Positions 1-10,900 of a stretch of 64,000 bases of DNA are shown here, piece by piece (the first letter of the stretch is position 1; the number at the start of each line of letters is the position of its first letter). The notes below the pieces were generated by a model that did no database searches, was not told where the DNA came from, and worked only from the letters and a program-made list of their open reading frames with translations. Location: assembly GCA_002633005.1 (NCBI GenBank), contig NMRA01000100.1, positions 144,497-208,496 on the forward strand, in the 5' to 3' direction. Origin of the DNA: Phoronis australis. Lineage: Eukaryota; Animalia; Phoronida. The position numbers and the translations under genes are program-made.

Positions 1-849
1 AACTGAAATCTCCACGTATTAGCCCTTGTAGTGCTATACGCTATAAACAGTGTCTAAACCGGCAGGCTGGCTATTTTTAGGTCAAGTTCAATATCAACAA
101 ACTTACTCGTTAAACAAACCAATTTGATAATATATACCATGTATTATACATCATTGTGAAGCTCATGAAATCAGCTTCAACTCTATCATAACAATCAGGA
201 AGATAATTATGATACGTGCAGCTGATAACAAATTAACACAGGAAACGGCATAAAATACAAGAGTTTTCAGTGATCTCACCTCATGCAAATACACGCATGT
301 AACCAAAACATAAGACAATATGTTAAGTATAACAAGTGTAGAAGTGTTCTAAATTCAATATCAAGAGTCCACTCCAAACAAGAGGCCACAGAACACCAGG
401 CGAGACAAGGTAAGTTACCAGTATGCAGAAAATCAGAAAATCCCATGTTCAATATTGAGTCTTAGAACTATGTAACACGACTGGCCAATCACAAACAGTC
501 TTTCATGAATACTTGGGATCTTTATGCTTGTCTCCAAGCAACCCAACCTAACCAGGCTCTTTTAAATTAATTTTCAAATCGGCCGTTATTTTTTAATTGA
601 GTTTGACCTACTTAGATCAATGCCTGACAGGACTCCGCCATTAGACTGGCCTGGAATGTTGATGCCAGATAAACATGTGGCTAGCAGAACTAAGGTTAAA
701 CTGGTGTACCATGCACCCAGGAGCCCTGTTGCACTTGACCTACACTCAGACATAAACAGAATGCCTGGTTGACTTTCAAAAATATTGTCAGACCTTACAT
801 CAATACCACACCCACCTAGATTCAGACCCCTCTGCGATCAATGCCTTAC

Positions 850-971
850 CTGTGCTCAGGAGAGTAGCTTGTTCGTTTCTCGGCTGTGCCAACCAGGGCA
901 TTGATGGCATAGTTTTTGACAAACCCTTCTAGAACAGTGATCACGTTGGGTTTTGCTGGAAGTCGTGCAAC
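850..971 (-). CDS. MSL3: MSL3 exon 7
   Basis: ctacag|[40 protein letters not shown]|gtaagg. Confidence 0.9.
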
Positions 972-3900
972 CTGTAGCAATATCTTTGATTTAAGTCTCA
1001 CGGCGTTTCCAAGGAAACACGGAAAGTAAGAACCTCAAGTAAGGTCAAATCAAATGGCAAGGTAATTTCTTCATAACATAATATGGCCGAACACTGAAAT
1101 TTTCAACCTTAGTAAGCAAGAAGAAAACGTCACTTCATTATTTGCACACTTTATGCCATACAGCTGTCATCAACAAACACATTTAATGAAATTTAGATTT
1201 TTTAACAATGCAGTGAGATTTTAAAAATTAATGGAAATTTTGGAAATTATTTTCATTCAAATTTTAGGAAACTTTAAACAAACATGAAAACCGGTTGTCG
1301 AGTATACATATCTTAACATCAACAAATCTAATTAAATTAGGCTAACCTTGTTTTTTGCCGTTACCATGGAGAAATCATGCTCCAGATCTTTCTTTAACAC
1401 GTCTGGTATTTCAATTATCACTTCCTTGACTTCATCATCCTGAAAGACACAATTAACAGTGAATGAGTACATGATAAACAGACTAATCAGCTGTAATGTA
1501 CGCTCGGTGCAAACACAAATTAAAGCACCAATGTAATGATTCATAAGCTAACATATCCTTCAATCACAATTTCCTGTCGAGACTTGAGTGCGTAGGATTT
1601 CTTGACCTTTACTGCACTTTTCACCCATTTTGCCTTTTTACTGTTTTGGGTGAACATGTCCTCTTTGCCAGTGAGTATATGCAAGTGTAACAACTGATGA
1701 TGTACTTGACAGTGACATCATTTTTATATCATATTCAACACCTGAATAAAGCAACCACTTGGAAAAAAATATATTTTTACTTTAACAGGATTTTAAGACC
1801 TCTTCTCAATTCAGAACATTTGTACATATTTGAATCATTGCTCTGTAATTGAATTTAGATCATTTTACACCAACAATTTCGAACACTCCAATGAAAAATG
1901 ATTAGTAAGCCTCAAGTCAGCTGAAACTGATAACTCCTGAATGAGCAACCCTGCTGCAACCTACGGAATATTTTCATGAAACAAAACCATTAAAATAACG
2001 CTGTTTTTAAATCTACCATAAACATGTTTGACTTTTACCTCTTCCTCAGACTCCTCCACAGTTTCAAGGTCATCAGAGCCCGCGTCTGAGGCCTGCGATT
2101 CAGTGGAGTCCTGAAATCAGTGGTCGACATTGACAAAATATAAAAATGGCTGCCTGGTTAAATATTTGCACTCAGGGATTTAATAGCGGGGGTTTTTGAA
2201 GTTAATTTCATAACATTATCATATGCAAATTAGTTCGTGTAGGCCTTAAGTATGAAACCTCACGCATGTGTAAAACCTTATTGTAAATTAGCAAATGCAT
2301 TTGTAACAGGGTGACCAAATTGTCTGCCGTGTGCTGCTCTGGGCAGAAGGCCACTCCACCTCCACAGTTAAGCCACTGCTTTAAATGGTAATGAGTGATT
2401 TTGAATGAGATTGATGAATCCAATCATAAACACAGTTATCTGTCAACAAATTAATTAAAATTGATACAGGGTACAGCATTCAAAGAGAGCACACCTTCGC
2501 GCAAACACTTTCCACTGTGGACGTTAGATCAAGGTCACCAAAATCAGCTGGTAGCTGGCGATATCCCATCTAAACTTTGGTACAAAATCTAAACCTTCTT
2601 TCCTGAGTTGTGCTAAAAACATTTTCCAAGCAAAAAATTAATTTCTCTATGTGACCTTGAAAATGAGATCAAAGTCATGAGAGGTGCTTGTCTGGTACAC
2701 AATATGAACAAAATCAAAAGCTTCCTTCTTGCGTCAACACCATTTTCTAAATAAAATCTTAAATTTTTTCGCTGTGACCTTCAGAATGAAGTCGAGGTCA
2801 CCAACATTGTGACTGGCTCCTGGAAATACTCCACCTACAAGTTGGTACAAAACATCAACAAAGTCTGATGCTTTTTATCTTGAAATATCGTGCCAAAAAC
2901 ATTTTCTAACTTGATTTTCCCATTGTGACCTTAAAAATGATGCTAAGGTCACCAAAATTAAGCGGCGCCGGCAGATGACCTACCTACACCTTGGTACAGA
3001 ATATGAACATAATCTAAAACTTCCTTCTTGAAATATCGCACCAACAACTAAAAACTTGACTTTCTTGGCGTGACCTTAAAAGTGATGTCAAGGTCACCTA
3101 AATTGAGTACCAGGAATTGAAAGACATTCTCAAAAATTCTGACCACGGCATAATTTCACAGACAGATCCATGGACCTGAATGCACGCATACACAGTATAA
3201 CCAGTATTACTCAACCTGGTGCCTATGACTCACACGTCCATAACCATGACAACACCCACCTCCTCACTGTCTTCCTCACTCTCACTCTCCTTCTCTTCCC
3301 CCTCCTCCTCATCCTCATCGTCCTCGTCCAAACCTTCATGATTCTGCAAGACTTTTTTCAAAATGTCATCTATCCTTTTCTTGCGTGCTTTATTCTTCTT
3401 TCTATGTTCAAATATATGGAGTCACAGTAAAGCAAATATGAAGATAGTGATCACATTCGATTCAGCTTCATTACAAATCTTCAAGTGAAATAAACAGTTT
3501 AGGTCTTGTCCAAAGATGTTCATCAGTGTGGTAATACATTGTAATTCAGGTTAATCCCACTATCAACACGGACATTAGAATAGAGTTACCATGCATTCGT
3601 AATTGGGTAGTGTCTGAGCATGTCCCAAAAACCAACTACCAGCAATAGTCACATCACTCTGAGGAAGACTGCCATACATGACAGTTAAATGCTAAGTAAG
3701 CTCGTGATAAGATAACTGCAGTTAGAAAAGTTTGTGTCTTGCTTATCAATTTAAAACTGCTCTGAACCAATCTTCAGCCAAAAGACCAAATTTTGGCACA
3801 GACCACTTTCCGTTGTGAAACTGGTCTCAACATTTTCTTTACACAGATTGGGTGTGACTATATGATTGAGAAGAACTGACGTTTGTAATTGCTTCTCTAT

Positions 3901-6900
3901 GAGGCAAGGCTCCATAATATGGCTCGCTCCATTTACAGCCTGAACCACCAATGAACCACAGCTTCTCCACAAGGTACGATATTAGTTCTATTCTGAATCA
4001 TGCACAAATAGGGAGCTATAGTTACTGCAAGTAGTTTGTATAAAAAATCATTGGTCTTGTTTCACAGAATAACCCCTTAGCTTTCTATTTTCGACCCATA
4101 AAAGGATATAATTTCTAAATCTTCAATGAATGAAAAACCTTAATTCAGGCCCTAAAATTTTGCACAATCATTAAGAATCAAATGTTCACCATTTTAGAGA
4201 ATGTTTTAATTTCTAGAAAACTTAAACAACGGGCGACATAGCGTTTGAACTATTGTTAATGCAAAGTTTCTCAGAATTTGATTTTCTCCTGAAGAACAGA
4301 GATATCAGCCAGGAAAGTACCATGTAGAACAACATTATACCATTTTTGTTGTCCAACATCTCTCTTGACAAGGAGAAAATAAAAAACCTGGGAAGCAGTT
4401 GCCTCGGCTATGTACTACAACATACATGTATAAAATTTTTTATCCAAAACAACGCATGCACTCAAGAGAAACTGATGCTAAGAGCATTGAGGAGCAAAAG
4501 GCCTGAAAATGGTTGGTTAAGATTAGCAATGTAAAACTAACTGAAAGTTATCTCAAACAAATCACATATAATTTGGGTCATTATTTATGAATTTGGCAAC
4601 CAATTCAAGGTGTGTCCTTTTTACAAATATGGATCAGATGAACTGGAGTTCTGAAAAAGGTGTGATCAAGAAAATTGGCACAAAAAATCAATTTCGACAT
4701 TTCCTTCACAGCTCGTTTAGTCACTTCATAATAAGCACAATTCCCATTCACAACTATACTCGATTCAGTTGTATTAAGGTAAGAAGTAAAAAAGCATAAA
4801 CTCATTTTGTGGTCTGTGGTCAGTACGTACACTTGTTTGATGACATCAGCCAATTTCCTCATCAACTCCACGTTTTCGTCGCTGTACTTCAAGATGTGGT
4901 CTTCTCGCACTATCCTGTCCCAGCTGTAAGAATCACACACTTTACCATGCCATGCTGATTAGCGTTCAGTTGCTATGATCTCGTCCCTCGTCAAAGACGA
5001 ACTTTTGTCTAGGACTACTTACAATATTATGAAATCATTATCAATTTGCTCCGTACTTAGATTAGAAGTGAATTCTTGGCAATGAATGAACTAACAGTTA
5101 AATATTACTCAATACAACTGCTCATCGTTGAGACAATTAAAAGCGGAAGTAACCATTTCTAAAACTAAACATAATGTTAAATGTTATGTTTAGTAAAAAT
5201 AGAGATCTTTGGTTATCTTTTCACGTTAATGACCGTTTCTCTGTTGTGCATTTACTATCCATGGAACAACAGAAAGTAATGTAAATGGCTTGGAGCTTTG
5301 TTCTACATTCACTTCCATTGAGCAAGTATAAGTGACCTGCACAGACTGTGTTCAATAGGGAGTAGGACATAATGATTCCTCAATGGAAGTGAATGCAAAA
5401 GCAAGCTGCATGCTAATTACGTTACTTTCTGTTGTTCATAGATTTTACATATTCGGTAGTTAACATGGAAAAATGTCTCTTACAACACCAAGGATCAGCT
5501 TTTTACAAAAGGTAACATAAAAAACGAATGCAAGGCCTGGTCTCAAGCACTAAAGAAATACCAGTTCAATTCAAGCGCAGAGACCACGTCTCATCCAACT
5601 TCAATGAGGATCATGTAACTAAAAGTACCTAACCAGTCTAATTGACACTACGTGGGTTTATAGCTGCTTGAAACACCAAAGGCAAGAAAGTTGCCAATAA
5701 AGCCTCTCCAACTCGACTAAAAATGATAGTACTGGTTTAGGCACTGGTTGGGTATAGCGGTCAGTTATTTAGAGAACCAGGCAATCACTGAATAATGGGT
5801 CTCTTATTTAGTGGATGAAACTGGTTCTCTAAATCAGGGACCGCTATATCCAACCAGTGCCCTAGTTTTGACATTCACTTAGAATTTCAGGTAACCTGCG
5901 ATAGATCTGAATTGGTCAAATTTTGGTAGATGTGACCATTTTCCTGATTTTCTGAAGTGTTTCACTGATTTCTGAATACTACTTGCAACGGAAAAAGTAC
6001 TATCATCGTAAAAAATTTTGAAACCAAAGTTGTAGAGGCAAGTGGGCCAGATTCAATATTGTTTTGTTGACAGCTTAACAAGAGGAAAAGTAGTTCTAAA
6101 TTTGAAACGAACAAAAAAAACCAAAACAACTATTAGACTTTATTCCAACTTTAAGAGCCAGATTTGTAGCTGGTCAAGCAATACAATGGTCAAGCAATAC
6201 AATGGCCATGAGACAATCTACTAGTTATTTGCCAAATTTACCTGCTATTCCATCCATAGAAATGAACCAAGTACTCAGGCAGCCTCTTTCCATTCTTGTC
6301 ACGGCCAACATTTATCTCGAGTATCTGAAATAAACAATGTGGAAGCTTATGTTTTTCACAACACTGCATATAGAGTCACAACATTTCAAAACATTGTTAG
6401 TGGGAAACCACACACTTAAAAGGTGAACACAGCATAACAAGCAAACACTACAATGACGGTTTTATAAAACACAATAGACAAAACAAATCAGTGCAAGTCA
6501 GGGCCAGGGTTGTAACTTGGTGGTTTTCTGGTAGTAGGCTTTCTTTAGTGTACAGGGAAAGGTTTCTATCGCATATAATATAGAAAGTTTGCATATGACG
6601 CTATCGATTCGGGCATCCACCATGTTGGAAGACTTGAACATTTCAATGCGGTTGTGGAATTGTGAAGAAAAGACACATTTCTTGGCTGAATTCTCCACAG
6701 AATTTATTCAGTATAATGATGGATTTTTGTGCAAAAGTCAACTGCTTGAGCAGGGGTAACAGAGATGTGACATTGTTTTATCGTTTTCCAAAATTATTTA
6801 GCAAGAGGACCGAAGAATTGCCTCTTAATAGGGCAGCCAAGTCAATTTTTTTCGTTTTGAAGAAATTCTTAAATATAATCAGAAAGATAATGCACCGATC

Positions 6901-7648
6901 CAAAAGTCAGGAATGGTTTTACGGAAGCCAATCACCAGCAGCTAACAACTCGCAATAATTCGGCTAACGAGCTTGCTATCCTTGACCACCGGCATTGCTT
7001 GTCCTCCCAATGTGGCGCATTTCCAGGTATTGATAACGTAATTGCAAACAATCTACGTGTTGATATAGTAGGGCCTATCAAAATCAGAGCCATAATGATG
7101 CATGGCAAAGGCATATCAAAAAAAAGATCTTGTCATGGGCTAAAGATCAGAAATGACGGTCTCTATATTGATTTGATAACACTTGCTTTTGTGGACACCA
7201 TTTTACATTTGGAATTGATGCGAGCGCATGCTGATTTTCAATACAATAACAGTAGCAATGTCACGCGAGCGGGTGCGCGCGGAAAACGTGTAAAGAAGGA
7301 TAAAATTAATTCACACGACCAAGCTTTTTACATTTAGTTAAAGGAAACCTTAGTAGCCTGTGGTTGGTGAAAACCACTCAATCATCGTTTTCAGCGAACT
7401 TGGTAATACCAGCGGTCGTGTTTGATGGTTACCGCTGCTGCGATGATTTCAACAATTCAACATTCAGGCCCGAAATTACAACAGACTCAGGCGCACTCCA
7501 CTAATATAATGGCGTCCGTGAAGGCATAATTATAGTTCCTCCTTACTTTAGCTTCATAAAGCACTTTAGCTTTCGTAGGGTCTGGCTCAAAACACAATAC
7601 TTTTTCTGTTTCAGAAAACCCGAACTTCACACCTCTGAAAGATGCCAT
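850..7648 (-). CDS. MSL3: Male-specific lethal 3 homolog (chromo-barrel + MRG domain); 5' part, gene continues beyond window start
   Basis: Seven phase-consistent GT-AG exons: 7648-7547, 6324-6242, 4923-4831, 3401-3260, 2110-2039, 1439-1347, 971-850. Spliced translation [74 protein letters not shown]... has the MSL3-type chromo-barrel motif [11 protein letters not shown]; later [14 protein letters not shown] and [23 protein letters not shown] mark the MRG domain start. Confidence 0.95.
1347..1439 (-). CDS. MSL3: MSL3 exon 6 (MRG domain start)
   Basis: tttcag|[31 protein letters not shown]|gttagc. Confidence 0.9.
2039..2110 (-). CDS. MSL3: MSL3 exon 5 (acidic linker)
   Basis: tttcag|[24 protein letters not shown]|gtaaaa; 72 nt, phase 0. 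Confidence 0.82.
2525..3215 (-). mobile_element. Degenerate non-autonomous Helentron-like element with internal 125-150 bp tandem array
   Basis: Recurrent gtgacctt(g)aaaatga..tcaaggtcacc and ttggtaca units at about 2530, 2651, 2775, 2926, 3070; acagacagat..ggac-type simple repeat near 3160. Confidence 0.55.
3260..3401 (-). CDS. MSL3: MSL3 exon 4 (basic then acidic linker)
   Basis: acatag|[47 protein letters not shown]|gtgggt. Confidence 0.85.
3490..3720 (+). mobile_element. Penelope-like element 3' relic with degenerate hammerhead-like core
   Basis: From 3544 reads [24 protein letters not shown], resembling the PLE GIY-YIG C-terminus PxLNRDxGxELP; followed by CTGAGGA-a-GACTG..CAGTT-AAA at 3659-3690. 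Confidence 0.55.
4831..4923 (-). CDS. MSL3: MSL3 exon 3
   Basis: ttacag|[30 protein letters not shown]|gtacgt; phase fits exon 4. Confidence 0.88.
5181..5520. mobile_element. Palindromic MITE-like element
   Basis: Inverted arms: gaacaacagaaagtaa / ttactttctgttgttc and cattcacttccattgag / ctcaatggaagtgaatg. Confidence 0.7.
5740..5861. mobile_element. 122-bp foldback MITE (PIF/Harbinger-like ends)
   Basis: GGCACTGGTTGGGTATAGCGGTC ... GACCGCTATATCCAACCAGTGCC; nearly the whole element is self-complementary. Confidence 0.75.
6242..6324 (-). CDS. MSL3: MSL3 exon 2
   Basis: tttcag|[27 protein letters not shown]|gtaaat. Confidence 0.93.
7547..7648 (-). CDS. MSL3: MSL3 coding exon 1
   Basis: ATG at 7648; [34 protein letters not shown] then gtaagg donor. 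Confidence 0.93.
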
Positions 7649-7834
7649 TTTTTGCACTACTTACGAATGTCGTAAACACAGGTGCATGCAGTTGCCTTAA
7701 AATATACTGATAATTTAGGATATTAGGTACATAATTGTAGCACATCTATGATTAATTCCTCATGTGCAATGTTATTTTTAAGAATGAAAATCAAAGTTTT
7801 TTTTCACGACAGTATACTTGCAGCATTAAAAAAA
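7649..7834. promoter_or_regulatory. Bidirectional promoter shared by MSL3 and CWF19L2
   Basis: Divergent start codons 186 bp apart; both ATGs lie in AAAATGGC (YY1-like) motifs. Confidence 0.75.
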
Positions 7835-7924
7835 ATGGCTGCCCCGATAGCATTTCAAAGTTCCCGCGTCAAAAAAATTGAACGAGAAGAACTCAGAAAG
7901 GCAAGAGAGATTGTGTTGAAGGAG
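7835..7924 (+). CDS. CWF19L2: CWF19L2 exon 1
   Basis: [30 protein letters not shown]|gtttgt; in frame with exon 2 AKAKYE. Confidence 0.85.
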
Positions 7925-10900
7925 GTTTGTAGTAAAATAATCATTTTGAGTAAACTTTAAAATTGAAGTAAACTCTGGTGTTAGTAGAGGACCTGCAGAG
8001 AGTTTGGCGTTCAGGCAGCACGTGACCACACAAACAACACTTTCTTCTTTCTACTTCACACTCGAAGTCGAAGTCGAGTATTCCGAAGCGGTTCACATCC
8101 AATCCCTTGCATACATTCATTCGCTCACTAGTAAGACCGAGCTCAGAGGAGTAGGGGACACTTTTGTACAGTGCTCGATTGTCTGGCAGTGAAGCCAGGA
8201 TTCGAACCGCGGGTCTCCCAAACAGGAGCCCCGAGCACTACCAGGCAGTACAGGCAGTAGTGACTAGTGGTATGCCATATAACTGCACTGAGCCACTCTG
8301 TCTCCACACTGCATAAGGCCTTTTCGGTGTGTCTTGCCTCACAGTGATTAAATCATCAAAGTCATGTTGCGGTAATTGTTTACAATATGACGACAATGAC
8401 TTAGACATATGATTTTGGTATCGTTTGATTCCTCGCGCCGTCATCTTTCCAAAAATATATGAATTGATCCCCTACCGCATTTCCTCCATATTTTATCTTC
8501 GAATTTCAGTTGGCACTATTTCCCGGTGGATACCGCCATGTTAGCTCAACTCAAGATTACAGCGACACCTACTGTTAATGAATGAAACAGCATCATTGAT
8601 TCTGAATGAATGGTGTTTGCCTGCGCGAGATTCCCGTTAAAGTTTTCCTCTAGTGAAGCATTTTACCTTTTCCATTTTTTAGAATTGTGACCATTTGACC
8701 ATTTTTCCACGGAATTGTCTGAAGTGATACTCTTTTCACAAATTTGGACCCCCAAAACAACCTCCGTTGTTTTGGCGGATTCCTGCTAGCAGATAGGTAT
8801 ATCAGGGTCACCATAGGATCGAATTCGAATCCTTGGTTCCGTAACTCGGGCAGGGGATTGACGGGTCTCGGTCAATTTGAACTTATGAAAAGCGACGATC
8901 TGCAAGTCGTTAGATTAGTTCACTTTTTGACCGCCAGGTGACTCCTTCCATTCAACATGGCGGTATTACTACCGCGTACCAGGAAATAGTGCTAGAAGAA
9001 ATTTCACGATAAAATACTAAGGGAACGGGGTAGGAGAAGTTTCTGTGTATATTTGGAAAGATAACATTGCGAGGAAATGAACGATACCAAAGTCATAGGT
9101 CTAAGTCATTGTCGTCATATTGTAAACAATTACCCATGTTGCTCCCTTTTGTCAATTTGTGCATAGAGGGGCACCTATTGCTATGGAGGGCTTCCATGTC
9201 TTCCTTCTTTAGTTCTATAATAAACGCGGCCTGCAAGCAGGTAGTTCAGGAGACAGACTTACCTGACTTATAGCCGTCCGACTTCATCTAAGCATTCACT
9301 GTACAACTGACTCAAGCCAACACACTGCCAAGAGACGTCCTCACTCCAGAGCTGTACACCTCAGACAGCCTTCAAAACCGTGCCCAGAGTCATGTGGCTT
9401 AATATATTCAGGCTCACCATGAAAACAATACACACACACAGGGACGAACACAGACAGCACTGCACGACACCACACAATGAAAGAGTACCACATTCACAAC
9501 ACTTTTGTAGAATGTCATACCTGTACTAATGTCTAAACTAACAGCACTTGAATGAGACGCACGCACACAACGAGTGGTGAACCCAAAGTGGCACTCCACA
9601 CATCCGAGGTCCAATTGGCCAATTTCGGAGAACTCCGATCACAGCCACCCATAATACTTCCAACTTGAAGAAATACCCCTGCATTCAAACTTTTTTTCAA
9701 ACAGTCCTTTGTTGTCCAGTTCCCCATGATGTAATCTCCGGCGAGCAAATCAGACTCTGCTCTGGCTGCCCAGGCGGTCGAGTCTCTTTGTTTGCTCAGA
9801 TTGCTCTGCCTTGATAGTCCTCAGATCAGACAGCCCCTGAGCCAAAGCCTCAGACACCACAGAGTCTGGCTCTGCACTTAATGATGGTGCCTCTGTCACT
9901 AGTGGGAAGTTGCAAGCGACTAGGCACCCTGTGGCCTCTGGCTTGACATGCCCATGTCCTCCTGGGTGTTGTGTCGGGCACTGCAGCCTTGCAAACTGCT
10001 GTGCAGCTATATCTAGAGATCCAGCACAGGAAGGGTGCACCACCTTACTATTCATTAATTCATCGCGGTACTAACCATACAGTTTAGTGTGGAGGTGATG
10101 TACCTGTACGGCCCATTCCTTCAGGGTCTCCCTCATTCCTGCGTGCGCTGTGTAGAGAGAGGTATCCAGGTCAAAGTAGCCTGCCATCTAGTCTAGAACC
10201 TGCCCTGCGTCGGCCTCTGGTTCTTCACGCGTGAACATCGAAATGTGTGATATGTATGGCCACCTCGAGTAAATGTCAAAACATATTTAAATCCAAACTC
10301 GTCCTTAATGCCTTAAGCATTGGTTTTTGGAAGGTTTGACATGCTTAGCCCTTCTGGGGTTCAGTGGAGTGTGAAATGCGTGAAACATCCCCGGAAATGG
10401 CGGATGACCTATCTGGGCCAGGGGAGCTGGAGGCACTCTCCTGTGTGGCCACAGTTCACCTGCAGATGCGCGACTATAAGGTCAATTGAAGTCATGCGAA
10501 CTCAAAGTTAATATGCAGAAACCTGTTCAACACTCAGTGGAACACGCACGTGCCTAAAGTGAGAGTGAACGCCAGCCTAAAGTAAGAGGTTGCTTCAGAA
10601 AACAAAGAAAGGGTCCTCATAATCAATATAAATGATAAAGCAAGCTTACGGCATTAAGTTAGATTATTTATCTCTCTGTACCTAATTTACGATAATTACC
10701 TCCAACAATCTTGTTGTACATACTTCTATATATTTTCTTGATCCTTGGGCATGCACCGCATGGATAGCTTTTTTTACTCCATGAGACCCCCTCTTCTTAT
10801 GTGGTGACAAAGAAACTGGAGTCGATAGCTTTTCTGGTATCGACATGTTGGAAGAGCAGATTTAGAGATGTTGGCCTATAATGAATCTGCTTTGTAGGCC

